This document shows, one piece after another, positions 1 to 9,398 of a stretch of 64,000 nt of DNA. The DNA is from Desulfomonilia bacterium (lineage in GTDB: Bacteria > Desulfobacterota > Desulfomonilia > UBA1062). How positions within the stretch are numbered: the stretch's first letter is position 1; every line of letters starts with the position of its first letter. The stretch lies in assembly GCA_963664325.2 (NCBI GenBank), contig CAXXDQ010000003.1:512001-576000 (forward strand), given 5' to 3'. The notes beneath the pieces are model-generated. The model was not told the DNA's origin, searched no databases, and saw only the letters and a list, made by a program, of their open reading frames with translations. Position numbers and translations under genes: made by a program.

Positions 1-2
1 CC

Positions 3-638
3 ATTTTCAACAGACTTTCGGATTATACTGACAGCAGGCCTGTTTTCGTAAAGCTCGACGAACCGACCCGCTTTTCCGGAAAAACAGTGGACAAGGTGGT
101 CAGGGGGATAAACGAGAAGAGGAGACTGATATTTAAATATATGGGGGGCAGGAAAAAAGAGCACCCCGTAAATGCGGAGCCTTACCGCATAGTCTATTTT
201 GACGGTTTCTGGTACCTTGTTGCAAAGGATATGGCCGATGGGACGATTAAGAAATATGCGCTGGACAGGATGAGAGAGATAGCCCTCACAGAAATCAGAT
301 TCAGAAGAGTGCCTGACGGCATGGATGATATGCTTAAAAACAGTGTAAACATCTGGTTCACTACGAACAGGAATATCAAGGTGATAATTGATGTTGATTG
401 TTTGTGGGCGGACTATTTTAAGAGAAGGGGGAACATACTTCCGCTTCAGGAAGTTATTGAGGAAAGATCGGATGGTTCCCTGAAAGTTTCCTTCATGGCC
501 TGCAACAGGGAAGAAATCTTAATGTGTATAAAACCCTGGATTCCCCATGTACGGATTATAGAGCCTGGTGAAATAAAGGATGATATCATCAGAGAAATGA
601 AAGAATGGCTCAAATGGCAGGAAAAGGGGCAGGGATGA
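3..638 (+). CDS. WYL-domain transcriptional regulator (WYL + C-terminal WCX), 5' end runs off the window
   Basis: Motif EPYRIVYFDGFWYLVA...KKYALDRM, followed by a WCX-like tail (WIPHVRIIEPGEIK). The frame is open from base 3 into the ORF called at 87. Confidence 0.85.
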   Translation: MFNRLSDYTDSRPVFVKLDEPTRFSGKTVDKVVRGINEKRRLIFKYMGGRKKEHPVNAEPYRIVYFDGFWYLVAKDMADGTIKKYALDRMREIALTEIRFRRVPDGMDDMLKNSVNIWFTTNRNIKVIIDVDCLWADYFKRRGNILPLQEVIEERSDGSLKVSFMACNREEILMCIKPWIPHVRIIEPGEIKDDIIREMKEWLKWQEKGQG

Positions 639-656
639 CATGTTGCCGGGACTCAG

Positions 657-929
657 TCACTCTTTTTTCGAACTGTTGTCCGTAACGCCGGTGCCTTCTT
701 CCTCTATCCCCTTCCGGGCTTTTTCAGCCTCGTTTTTATAAATCCGGTCCAGCTGCTTCTTTGCCTGCTCTTTCTTCTTTACGGCATCCATTCCTGCAGC
801 CGAGTTCACTGTATCATTAATTGCCTTTCTGGATTCGGTTCCCTCGCATCCGATGTTAAAAAGGATCATTGCGGGCAGGAAAATACAAATGAGTGATAAA
901 AAAACCGTCTTTTTCAAATACTTTCTCAT
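657..929 (-). CDS. Small putative lipoprotein
   Basis: Basic N-terminus, hydrophobic stretch, lipobox-like NIG-C, then a charged helical region. Confidence 0.6.
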   Translation of the reverse strand: MRKYLKKTVFLSLICIFLPAMILFNIGCEGTESRKAINDTVNSAAGMDAVKKKEQAKKQLDRIYKNEAEKARKGIEEEGTGVTDNSSKKE

Positions 930-944
930 AGTGTAAATCTCAAT

Positions 945-1730
945 TTATGATCTGGCCTTTATGACATCTTTCAGTTTGATTTCAGGATGCCGGTATCTTT
1001 CATATTTTGGGGTATTCCTTCCATATTCCAGAGCCTGTTCAGGACACCACTGAAGACAGGCATAACACTGCTGGCATCTGTGGTTCCATTTAGGTTTGTC
1101 TTCAATAAAGCTGATATTTTCAGTAGGGCAGACCTTGGCGCAAATGCCGCAACTGTTGCACTTTTTATTGACCCAGAAATTTTTATCCATTCCCGGCACC
1201 ATTGAAAAGCTCATCCTGTATATGGCCGAGAAGACAACCCTCTGCCATAGCGGCCCTTTTTCCACTTCTCTCACCTCTTTATTTTTAATGACCGATGCAA
1301 CGTTTAATATTTTTTCACCGGCAGCTTCATAGAGTTCCCGGCAATGTTCCTCGGTGCCGGGGCCACCCCAGGGAATATAATTTGAGGGCATCTTGATTTG
1401 GAAACCGGATGACAGTTTCAGTCCATGCAAGGCCATATACGTTTTAAGCTGTACCAGGGTGTTTGAAACCTGGCCGCCGTTGACCGCGACTGCAAAAATA
1501 TAATCACTCTTTAAAGCTGTGGCCTTTTTAACAAAGTCAAGAACGGGTGCAGGGACGCCCCAGATGTATACAGGGAACACAAGACCAACAACATCGTTGA
1601 CTGCCTCGGGTTTTTCTTTCGGCCCGATCATGGAAATTATGCTGACGGTATCTCCAAGGTGTTCTGCAATCTTTCTTGCAGCCCAGAGCGAGTTGCCTGT
1701 ACCTGTGTAATAGAATATTGTTCCGTACAT
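945..1730 (-). CDS. EFR1-family ferredoxin (flavodoxin fold + 2x[4Fe-4S])
   Basis: N-terminal YTGTGNS and FPVY..G.P; C-terminal CNSCGICAKVCP and CQQCYACLQWCP. Confidence 0.9.
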   Translation of the reverse strand: MYGTIFYYTGTGNSLWAARKIAEHLGDTVSIISMIGPKEKPEAVNDVVGLVFPVYIWGVPAPVLDFVKKATALKSDYIFAVAVNGGQVSNTLVQLKTYMALHGLKLSSGFQIKMPSNYIPWGGPGTEEHCRELYEAAGEKILNVASVIKNKEVREVEKGPLWQRVVFSAIYRMSFSMVPGMDKNFWVNKKCNSCGICAKVCPTENISFIEDKPKWNHRCQQCYACLQWCPEQALEYGRNTPKYERYRHPEIKLKDVIKARS

Positions 1731-1879
1731 AGATGTCTCCTTTATATTAGTAAAAAGATAATAACCGTATTCTTATGCAGCTTTCAACACGCATCTTGTG
1801 AAGAGTTGTAAGAGATATGCACATGCCGGCTGTACAAAGTTATTATCAATGTTTCTTATCGCGGAAGCCTAGGAAAATA

Positions 1880-1909
1880 AAAACTCCCGCAGTAGAAAGC
1901 GGGAGTTTT
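1880..1909. terminator. Rho-independent terminator downstream of hup
   Basis: AAAACTCCCGC-agtagaaa-GCGGGAGTTTT hairpin with A/T tails, about 20 bp past the hup stop. Confidence 0.8.
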
Positions 1910-1930
1910 AAAAAAATTTTTAAAATTAAA

Positions 1931-2221
1931 TTATTTCTTTTTCTTTTTGCCGGCGACAAGTTCCTTAAGCCCTTTTCCTGCCTTAAACTTGGGTGCTTTT
2001 GTAGCTGCGATCTTTATCGGTTTCTTTGTCTGCGGATTGACACCCTGTCTGGCTGCCCTTTCGACAACCTCAAATGTTCCGAAGCCGACAAGTGTTACCT
2101 TGTCTCCCTTTTTGAGCGCGCCGCTGATTCCGTCGATTACTGCATTTACTGCTTTTTCGGCTGCCGCTTTGGAACCGCCTGCCTTTTCAGCTACAACTGC
2201 CACCAGATCCGTCTTTGTCAT
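1931..2221 (-). CDS. hup: Histone-like DNA-binding protein HU
   Basis: MTKTDLV...VTLVGFGTF...RAARQGVNPQT...PKFKAGKGLKE; GGAGG RBS upstream. Confidence 0.95.
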   Translation of the reverse strand: MTKTDLVAVVAEKAGGSKAAAEKAVNAVIDGISGALKKGDKVTLVGFGTFEVVERAARQGVNPQTKKPIKIAATKAPKFKAGKGLKELVAGKKKKK

Positions 2222-2416
2222 CCTTTGTTCCTCCTTCTTTTATTTATATTCTTTAGTTTTAAAAACCTTGTCTTTAGCTGGGCAAACAGGTTGAAATCAG
2301 CGTGGTGTGTATCTGCTCTTTTGCCATTCTTATACTTCTCGGCCAAAGAAATCTGCAACTTGAGATGTTTTTCAAAAAATCTTGTCTGTGAATACTCATA
2401 AACAGCATATGTATGA

Positions 2417-2444
2417 ATAATATAGTAGTATTTCTATCTGTCAA
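2417..2444 (-). promoter_or_regulatory. Putative sigma70 promoter for hup
   Basis: TTGACA-16 nt-TATTAT on the minus strand. Confidence 0.5.
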
Positions 2445-2542
2445 TAAAAATTGTTAAAAAAATATAAGATATTGCTTTCAAAAGTCACTCATTGTAATTT
2501 TAATAATTATATTATTATCGTCATAAACAAGGGGAGAATGCT

Positions 2543-4297
2543 ATGAGGGGAATGATAAAATTTCTTTGTATCTTAATTCTACTTGCAGCGGCGTTCGGAT
2601 TCGGGTGTGTTGAAAATGGCTCCATTCCTACAGATACAGCCGATGTGCAATCAAACATAAATAGCATACAGGGTACGGATACAGGCCTGCAGACAATTGA
2701 TCCGGGAACCCTGACAGCTCAGCCCGGACGCTATGTTTTGAATATGTACCACTTCAATCTGCAGTATGTAGCCGGCTGTGATATCTGCTATCAAAGGGTA
2801 ATTCAAAGTTTCGAACCCCTTGTGGATTTCTATATTGCCCATCCTGAATACGGTGCAGACTTCGAAATGCAGGGGGTGATGATTGAATACATGGCTGAAA
2901 ATTATCCCGCCGTTCTTGATAAGTTCAGGATGATCGTAAATTCCGGCCAGGTCGATCTCGTTTCCTTTCATTACTCCGACCAGCTTCTGATGGCTTATCC
3001 GGCTCACGACCAGCAATGGTCGATAGACATAAACAATAAGGTATTTGAGAAGTACGGCATAAAAAGGTCCGGGACGATATTCGCGCAGGAGGCCATGTTC
3101 AGCGAAGGGATAGCCGACATGGGCGCAAAAAACGGGTTCAATGTTGCAGTAATGACAGGCAGCATCTACGGCTGGTTCCAGGATTCATCCGAATTGCCCT
3201 ATTACACGTGCAGAGGGCTGGATGTCCTCAGGCAGGGCGGTGCCGTTTTCCCGAATTCCGGCATCGAAGTCGACTGGGAGTTTGTCGGAGATGGAGAAAC
3301 AGTGACGAGCTTCGATCCTTACTTCCCCGTTCTGAAATGGTATGTGAAATATTCGATAAACCAGCTTGAGAAGAAATTCGCCGGTTATGCGAATAACGGC
3401 TATACGATATCAACGGTCAGTAAGTATGTCGATGCCTTAAGGGCTGCAGGTGAAATACCGACTCCCCTTAAACCGATCCTTGACACCCCCTGGCGTCCCA
3501 GCGACGGAAGCGGCGTTTATCAATGGATGGGCAAGTACGTATTCCCGTGGGAGGAGGACTACACTATACTGACGGGTAATTGGACTGTCCGCTCGTGCCT
3601 CATGGCGTTCGAACGCAAATACGGATCGATATATCCTGATAAACTCGAAGAAGCATGGAAAAACATGCTTGAGGCCGAGGTTTCGGACAGCACCGGCTGG
3701 CGGCCGTTCCCTTCAGAAATTGAATATTCAAAGGAGCATGCCGATGCGGTCCTGGCGATTATACAATCCGTTGACCCGTCGCTCCTGACAAATGCCTGGA
3801 CAAGGCCGGAACTGACTCCTGAAGCATCAGGCCCGGTCGCAATCAAGATAAGCGGCAGTCTTCTGAAAAAACAGATAAAATGGTACAGCTTCCCCGGCCA
3901 GGAAGACGTGTGGGTTGCAGATGTTAATCTGAAAAAAATTCCTTTAATCCCGTCAGGACTCATCAGCATCGATTTCCCCTATGATTCCGACCTTATTGAA
4001 TACAGCCCTGCAATGCTCGAAAACGAGGTCAGGACAATAAGCATAAACGATATCAAGCACAACCCCATACACCTGGGCATTCCGAACGGGCTGATCGGGC
4101 TTGGTGACGGACTGTACCTTATCCGTGACAATAATTTCGGAGTACTTGCGGCGAGGCTGGATATAGACGGCAAAAAGATCAGCTATCAGGCGCTCAACCC
4201 GACGGAAAATGAACTTAACATGAGGTTCTATCTGGTTAAAGGGGATCAGGCTACGGCTCTTACCTGGGCTAATATGATAAACAATATCAATTTGTAG
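2543..4297 (+). CDS. Lipoprotein with GH57-like (alpha-galactosidase-type) glycoside hydrolase domain
   Basis: Lipobox GFG-C. Motifs HFNLQY, FAQEA, GDGE and AEVSDSTGW resemble the GH57 conserved regions of archaeal alpha-galactosidases (HGNLQY / ENSDARGW). Confidence 0.6.
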   Translation: MRGMIKFLCILILLAAAFGFGCVENGSIPTDTADVQSNINSIQGTDTGLQTIDPGTLTAQPGRYVLNMYHFNLQYVAGCDICYQRVIQSFEPLVDFYIAHPEYGADFEMQGVMIEYMAENYPAVLDKFRMIVNSGQVDLVSFHYSDQLLMAYPAHDQQWSIDINNKVFEKYGIKRSGTIFAQEAMFSEGIADMGAKNGFNVAVMTGSIYGWFQDSSELPYYTCRGLDVLRQGGAVFPNSGIEVDWEFVGDGETVTSFDPYFPVLKWYVKYSINQLEKKFAGYANNGYTISTVSKYVDALRAAGEIPTPLKPILDTPWRPSDGSGVYQWMGKYVFPWEEDYTILTGNWTVRSCLMAFERKYGSIYPDKLEEAWKNMLEAEVSDSTGWRPFPSEIEYSKEHADAVLAIIQSVDPSLLTNAWTRPELTPEASGPVAIKISGSLLKKQIKWYSFPGQEDVWVADVNLKKIPLIPSGLISIDFPYDSDLIEYSPAMLENEVRTISINDIKHNPIHLGIPNGLIGLGDGLYLIRDNNFGVLAARLDIDGKKISYQALNPTENELNMRFYLVKGDQATALTWANMINNINL

Positions 4298-4301
4298 CGT
4301 G

Positions 4302-4331
4302 AAGGATGGCCGGTTTCAGCCGGCCATCCTT
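4302..4331. terminator. Hairpin between convergent genes
   Basis: AAGGATGGCCGG-tttcag-CCGGCCATCCTT, a perfect 12-bp stem. Confidence 0.8.
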
Positions 4332-4341
4332 ACTGGTTCAA

Positions 4342-5862
4342 TCAGGATATAAACAGGTTCTTCGTTGCAAAATCAGGGTCGCTCGTTACATTAACGCCAA
4401 GCCTTCTCAATCCAGCCTCGTCTCCCGGTGTAGGAATGTGAGTCATATGCACCTCGCAGCCCTTGAGCTCCTTGAGCTTTTCAACTGCAAGCTGGGCCGC
4501 AGGATTTGTTGCGGCACTTATGCTCAGCGCTACGAGGGCTTCCTGAAGGTTAAGACTCACTGCATGTTCTTCAAGGATTTCCTGTTTGAAGTGACTTAGT
4601 GAATCGGTGATGCTCGCAGGCAGAAGCTTTATTTTTGCCGGAATTTCGGCGAGGTGTTTTGCAGCATGAAGCACGACGCTCGATGCGGCATGCATGAGGG
4701 GTGAGTTGCAGCCGGTTACTATCGTGCCGTCTTTGAGCTCGATGGCGGCACCGCAGAATATGCCCTCATTGCCTTTCATCTGTGTAACCTGAGCTTCAAA
4801 GGCTGCTTTCCTGGCTGGTTCAACAACCTTTCTGTATTCGGGTATAAGATCGAAATCCTTTACAAGCAATTCGGCACGCTGAACGGTTTCCCTGTCGGTA
4901 AAGCCCATGGCATACTCGCACTGGTAGCGGAAAAAGCGCCTTATAACCTCTTGCTTTGCCGCTTCCTGCACTATGTCATCGTTCTTGATGGCAAAGCCTG
5001 CCCGGTTTACGCCCATATCAGTCGGTGACTTATAGAAACTTTCTCCGCCTGTAATCCTTTCCAGAATGCGCCTGACAACCGGGAATACCTCGACGTCCCG
5101 GTTATAGTTTACCGAAACTTCATTATAGGCGTTGAGATGAAAAGGGTCGATCAGGTTAAAATCCCGGATATCGGCAGTGGCTGCTTCATATGCAATGTTC
5201 ACGGGGTGCTTCAGCGGTATGTTCCAGATAGGGAATGTCTCGAATTTTGCATATCCGGCCCCCAGTCCCCGCCTGTGGTCATGGTAAAGCAGCGTCAGGC
5301 AGGTTGCAAGTTTGCCGCTGCCGGGGCCCGGTCCAGTCACTACTACAAGCGGCTTTTTTGTCTCGATATACTCATTCGCCCCGTAACCTTCGTCGCTTAC
5401 TATCTGTTCGACATCGGTTGGGTAGCCTTTTGTAAAGCGGTGGGTATATACCCTTATACCGCGTCTTTCCAGCTTGTTTTTAAAAAGTATTGCCGAGGGC
5501 TGGGAATCGAAGCGTGTTATTACTATTCCTGCGACATCGATATCCCAGTGTTTGAGGTCATCCATCATTTTCATGGCATCGGCGTCATAGGTATGGCCGA
5601 AGTCCGCACGGATCTTTTTTCTTTCGATATCACCCGCATATATGCAGAGCAGTATATCCGCCTTGTCCTTGAGCTTCTGCAGAAGCCTCATTTTCACATT
5701 AGGGTCATATCCTGGAAGCACCCGCGCGGCATGATAATCCCAGAGAAGTTTTCCGCCGAATTCCAGATAGAGTTTGTGATTGAAGCGATTGACCCTCTCA
5801 AGGATGTAATCCGCCTGCTCGCTCAGATACAGTTCATTATCAAAACCAAAGCAGCTGTTCAT
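4342..5862 (-). CDS. DUF1846 (UPF0371) family protein
   Basis: KLYLEFGGKL..DYHAARVLPGYDP, P-loop-like GPGPGSGKLATCL, YAKFETFP, SPTDMGVN. Confidence 0.9.
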   Translation of the reverse strand: MNSCFGFDNELYLSEQADYILERVNRFNHKLYLEFGGKLLWDYHAARVLPGYDPNVKMRLLQKLKDKADILLCIYAGDIERKKIRADFGHTYDADAMKMMDDLKHWDIDVAGIVITRFDSQPSAILFKNKLERRGIRVYTHRFTKGYPTDVEQIVSDEGYGANEYIETKKPLVVVTGPGPGSGKLATCLTLLYHDHRRGLGAGYAKFETFPIWNIPLKHPVNIAYEAATADIRDFNLIDPFHLNAYNEVSVNYNRDVEVFPVVRRILERITGGESFYKSPTDMGVNRAGFAIKNDDIVQEAAKQEVIRRFFRYQCEYAMGFTDRETVQRAELLVKDFDLIPEYRKVVEPARKAAFEAQVTQMKGNEGIFCGAAIELKDGTIVTGCNSPLMHAASSVVLHAAKHLAEIPAKIKLLPASITDSLSHFKQEILEEHAVSLNLQEALVALSISAATNPAAQLAVEKLKELKGCEVHMTHIPTPGDEAGLRRLGVNVTSDPDFATKNLFIS

Positions 5863-5932
5863 ATGTTTCCTCCATGTAACGAATTAAATTTTAAAAATGC
5901 GGCAGATAATTCACCTGCCGCATCGGTGATCT

Positions 5933-7138
5933 TTAGAGTGCTGTCAAAACATTTTCGATATGCGTCATCGCCCAGTCGATTTCATCCTTTTTTATGATAA
6001 GAGGCGGGGCGAATCGTATGACGTGCTGATGGGTTTCCTTGCAGAGAAGGCCTTTTGCCATGAGGGCTTCGCAGAAACGCCTTGCGCCGCCTGCCGATGG
6101 ATAAAGTTCCACGCCGATGAGCAGCCCCCTGCCGCGGACCTCTTTAATATGCGGGCTCTTAATCATGGAAAGCCTTTCCATGAGATATGCGCCCATCTTT
6201 GCTGAATTCTCAACCATTCCCTCTTCGATGAGTACCTTGAGCGCCACGCGCGCCACTGCGCAAGCAAGCGGATTGCCTCCGAACGTGCTGCCATGGTCGC
6301 CTGGCTGGAAAACTCCGAGAACTTCCTTGTTTGAGAGAACTGCAGAAATCGGATAATAGCCTCCCGAGAGCGCCTTTCCGATAAGCGTCAGGTCGGCCTC
6401 AACACCTTCATGCTCTTCCGCAAGCAGCCTTCCGGTGCGGCCCAGGCCGGTCTGTATTTCATCGGTTATCATGGCGATATTCCGTTCAGTGCAGATGCGT
6501 CTGATTTCTTTCAGGTAGCCCATTGGCGGTATGATGATTCCGGCCTCGCCCTGGATAGGCTCGAGGAGAAATGCAACTGTGTTAGTCGTAATGGCATCTT
6601 CGAAGGCCTTTGAGTCGCCGAACGGTATTATTTTAAAACCCGGCGTGAATGGCGCATAGCCGTCCCGGTACTGAAATTCTGTGGAGAAGCCTACAATTGT
6701 GATTGTCCTGCCGTGAAAATTATTTTCGCAGACGATTATCTCGGCCTGACCCTCAGGCACGCCCTTTTCCCGGTATCCCCACTTGCGAACTGCCTTGATG
6801 CAGGATTCGACCGCCTCGGCCCCGCTGTTCATGGGCAGGATGGTATGAGAATTGGTGAGTTCGCAGAGTTCCTTATAGAAAAGCCCCAGCTGGTCATTCC
6901 TGAAAGCGCGTGATGTAAGTGTGAGCTTGTCCGCTTGCTCCTTCATCGCTGCTGCAATCCTGGGATGGCAGTGTCCCTGGTTTACGGCCGAATATGCAGA
7001 AAGGAAATCAAGGTATTTTCTGCCGTCGACATCCCAAACCCAGATGCCCTGGCCTTTTGTAAGGACGACATCAAGTGGTTTGTAGTTTGTTGCGCCGAAG
7101 GCGCTTTCAAGCTGGATATAATCTTTTGTATGCAGCAT
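5933..7138 (-). CDS. rocD: Ornithine--oxo-acid aminotransferase
   Basis: [64 protein letters not shown]. Confidence 0.93.
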   Translation of the reverse strand: MLHTKDYIQLESAFGATNYKPLDVVLTKGQGIWVWDVDGRKYLDFLSAYSAVNQGHCHPRIAAAMKEQADKLTLTSRAFRNDQLGLFYKELCELTNSHTILPMNSGAEAVESCIKAVRKWGYREKGVPEGQAEIIVCENNFHGRTITIVGFSTEFQYRDGYAPFTPGFKIIPFGDSKAFEDAITTNTVAFLLEPIQGEAGIIIPPMGYLKEIRRICTERNIAMITDEIQTGLGRTGRLLAEEHEGVEADLTLIGKALSGGYYPISAVLSNKEVLGVFQPGDHGSTFGGNPLACAVARVALKVLIEEGMVENSAKMGAYLMERLSMIKSPHIKEVRGRGLLIGVELYPSAGGARRFCEALMAKGLLCKETHQHVIRFAPPLIIKKDEIDWAMTHIENVLTAL

Positions 7139-7272
7139 AATTACCTCGAATGTCAGGATTTTTAGTTAAAAAAGAACATAATGTCTTTAAAAATTATGTC
7201 AAGCGGATGGTTTTGTTGACTTGCTTTTCTGTTATATGGCAACCTGCATTCATAACAGTTTCTGGAGGGATT

Positions 7273-8079
7273 ATGTACGCAATCGGATTCCTTGGTGCGG
7301 GAAACATGGCTGAGGCGATTATCGGCGGCATCATAAAAAAAGGTCTTTACCACTCTGCGGGTATTTCCGCCTATGACATAAGCAGCCAGCGCATGGAGCA
7401 CATGCTTTCACGATTCGGGCTGGTTGAGGCCGCCACCCCGCAGGACCTTGCAAAAGATGCGCGTACTATCGTCATTGCCCTGAAACCTGCCCAGGTGGCA
7501 ACAGCACTGGAACCCATAAAGAACGAACTTAAAGGCAAGCTTATTATAAGCATTGCAGCCGGCATTCCTATCAGGGCCATACAGTCTGTGCTTGGCGAAA
7601 AGGCAAAGGTAGTGCGTGTAATGCCCAACACGCCGGCCCTGGTGCTTGAGGGTGCAACCGCTATTGCCGGCTCATCAACATGCACTCATGAAGACCTGGG
7701 TATTGCCCGGGACATATTCTCAGGCATAGGCATATGTGTTGAGCTTGAAGAAAAACAGCTTGATGCCGTAACCGGGCTTTCCGGGTCCGGCCCCGCATAC
7801 TGCTTTGCCCTTATTGAGGCCATGGCGGACGGCGGAGTCCGTGCGGGCATTCCAAGACCTGTTGCATTGAGGCTGGCCGCCGCAACATTGAAGGGCTCGG
7901 GTGCCATGGTGCTCGAAACAGGCAAGCACCCTGCCGAGCTGAGAGATATGGTGACATCTCCTGGAGGCACAACTGCCGAGGGGCTAGCCGTGCTTGAGGG
8001 ACGGGGATTCCGCTCGGCGGTTAGCGATGCAGTGTGGTCTGCCTACAAACGTGCAGTTGAGCTGAGTTCAAAGGCATAA
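7273..8079 (+). CDS. proC: Pyrroline-5-carboxylate reductase
   Basis: GFLGAGNMA, RVMPNTP, TGLSGSGPAY, VTSPGGTT. Start moved to ATG 7273, behind a GGAGG RBS. Confidence 0.95.
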   Translation: MYAIGFLGAGNMAEAIIGGIIKKGLYHSAGISAYDISSQRMEHMLSRFGLVEAATPQDLAKDARTIVIALKPAQVATALEPIKNELKGKLIISIAAGIPIRAIQSVLGEKAKVVRVMPNTPALVLEGATAIAGSSTCTHEDLGIARDIFSGIGICVELEEKQLDAVTGLSGSGPAYCFALIEAMADGGVRAGIPRPVALRLAAATLKGSGAMVLETGKHPAELRDMVTSPGGTTAEGLAVLEGRGFRSAVSDAVWSAYKRAVELSSKA

Positions 8080-8081
8080 TA

Positions 8082-9200
8082 ATGAAGGATATAGCGTTCA
8101 GGCTGCTTGCCGAAGACGGCCGGGCAAGGCGGGGAGAATTTGCCACCGAACACGGTACTGTTCAGACACCTGCGTTCATGCCGGTCGGCACTGCCGGTTT
8201 CGTTCGCTCCACGCCAGCAAAGGATGTGGCTGAAACGGGTTCGGAAGTTATCCTGGCCAATACGTATCATCTGTCGCTGGGCGAGAGGCTTTTTTCGGTC
8301 AAGCACCTTGGCGGGCTTCATAAGTTCATGGGCTGGGACAAGACCATCCTGACGGATTCCGGAGGATTCCAGGTGTTCTCGCTTCCCGAACGGCAGATTA
8401 CCGAAGAAGGCGTTATTTTCAGTTATGAGGAAGGCGGTGAAAAGGTCACGCTTTCTCCCGAGCGCTCGATGGAGATACAGCGCGACCTTGGAGCGGATAT
8501 TGTCATGGCCTTTGACGAATGCGTGGCGTACCCCTCCGAGCATGACTACGTGAAGCGTTCGGTGGAGCGCACGACACGATGGGCAAGAAGATGCCTGGAC
8601 TTCAAGCTTGCCAAGCACCAGTTCCTGTTCGGTATCGTCCAGGGTGGTGTTTACGAGGATTTGCGCAAGAAGAGCGCGAAAGACATCACCTCAATGGGTT
8701 TTGACGGGTTCGCCATCGGCGGGGTGAGCGTAGGCGAGGGCCATGACCTGATGAAGCAGGCGGTAAGGTTTGCGGCACCCCTGCTGCCAGGGGACAAACC
8801 CCGGTATCTTATGGGTGTGGGACTGCCCGAAGATCTTATTGCAGCGGTTGGCCTGGGCATGGACATGTTCGACTGCGTCATACCTACGCGGTTTGCAAGG
8901 AATGCCACACTCTTTACACGCACCGGCAAACTGCGCATAAAAGACAAGTCATACAGGAAAGACCGCTATGCGATTGATACGAAATGCGGCTGCTACACCT
9001 GCCGGACGTATCCGCGGATGGTGCTCCGCTACATGTTCCATATCGGCGACCCACTGGCCGAGACTCTTGCCACCATACACAACCTTACTTTCTACCAGGA
9101 CCTTATGCGCGACATGAGGACAGCAATCGAAGAAGGCCGTTTCTACCGCTTTGCCGAGACATGGCTGGGGACATATCTGAACAAGGGGAAGAAGGAATAA
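8082..9200 (+). CDS. tgt: Queuine/preQ1 tRNA-guanine transglycosylase
   Basis: TPAFMPVGT, LANTYHL, DSGGFQ, YLMGVG, DMFDCVIPTR and the zinc site CGCYTC...HN. Confidence 0.95.
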   Translation: MKDIAFRLLAEDGRARRGEFATEHGTVQTPAFMPVGTAGFVRSTPAKDVAETGSEVILANTYHLSLGERLFSVKHLGGLHKFMGWDKTILTDSGGFQVFSLPERQITEEGVIFSYEEGGEKVTLSPERSMEIQRDLGADIVMAFDECVAYPSEHDYVKRSVERTTRWARRCLDFKLAKHQFLFGIVQGGVYEDLRKKSAKDITSMGFDGFAIGGVSVGEGHDLMKQAVRFAAPLLPGDKPRYLMGVGLPEDLIAAVGLGMDMFDCVIPTRFARNATLFTRTGKLRIKDKSYRKDRYAIDTKCGCYTCRTYPRMVLRYMFHIGDPLAETLATIHNLTFYQDLMRDMRTAIEEGRFYRFAETWLGTYLNKGKKE

Positions 9201-9287
9201 TATTGGGAATATCATTTTTTATAATCGTGTTAAAAGTTTCTGTCCTGAGCGGGCTTCAGATGATTTGATACTAAGATGTGATAGAAG

Positions 9288-9306
9288 GTAAATGATATTC
9301 ATTTTC
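9288..9306. promoter_or_regulatory. Fur-box-like operator
   Basis: GTAAATGATATTCATTTTC matches GATAATGATAATCATTATC at 15/19 and has an AAATGA-N3-TCATTT dyad. The AT-rich context lowers significance. Confidence 0.35.
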
Positions 9307-9398
9307 AAGATAATAAAATTTGTTACTGTTTCTAATTGATTATGAAACTTTCCTGCTGTAATTAATAAAATGTTTTTTTAATAATGGGAGGTGCAAAA

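Noticed and set aside
2275-2310. c-di-GMP-I riboswitch-like GGGCAAAC...GAAA
   Set aside because: It is on the wrong strand for hup, and the GACGCAAAGC continuation and second stem are missing.
1817-2401. 194-aa ORF antisense to hup, and the many 60-290 aa ORFs antisense to or overlapping clear genes
   Set aside because: These are shadows of well-supported genes on the other strand or frame, with no motifs or RBS.
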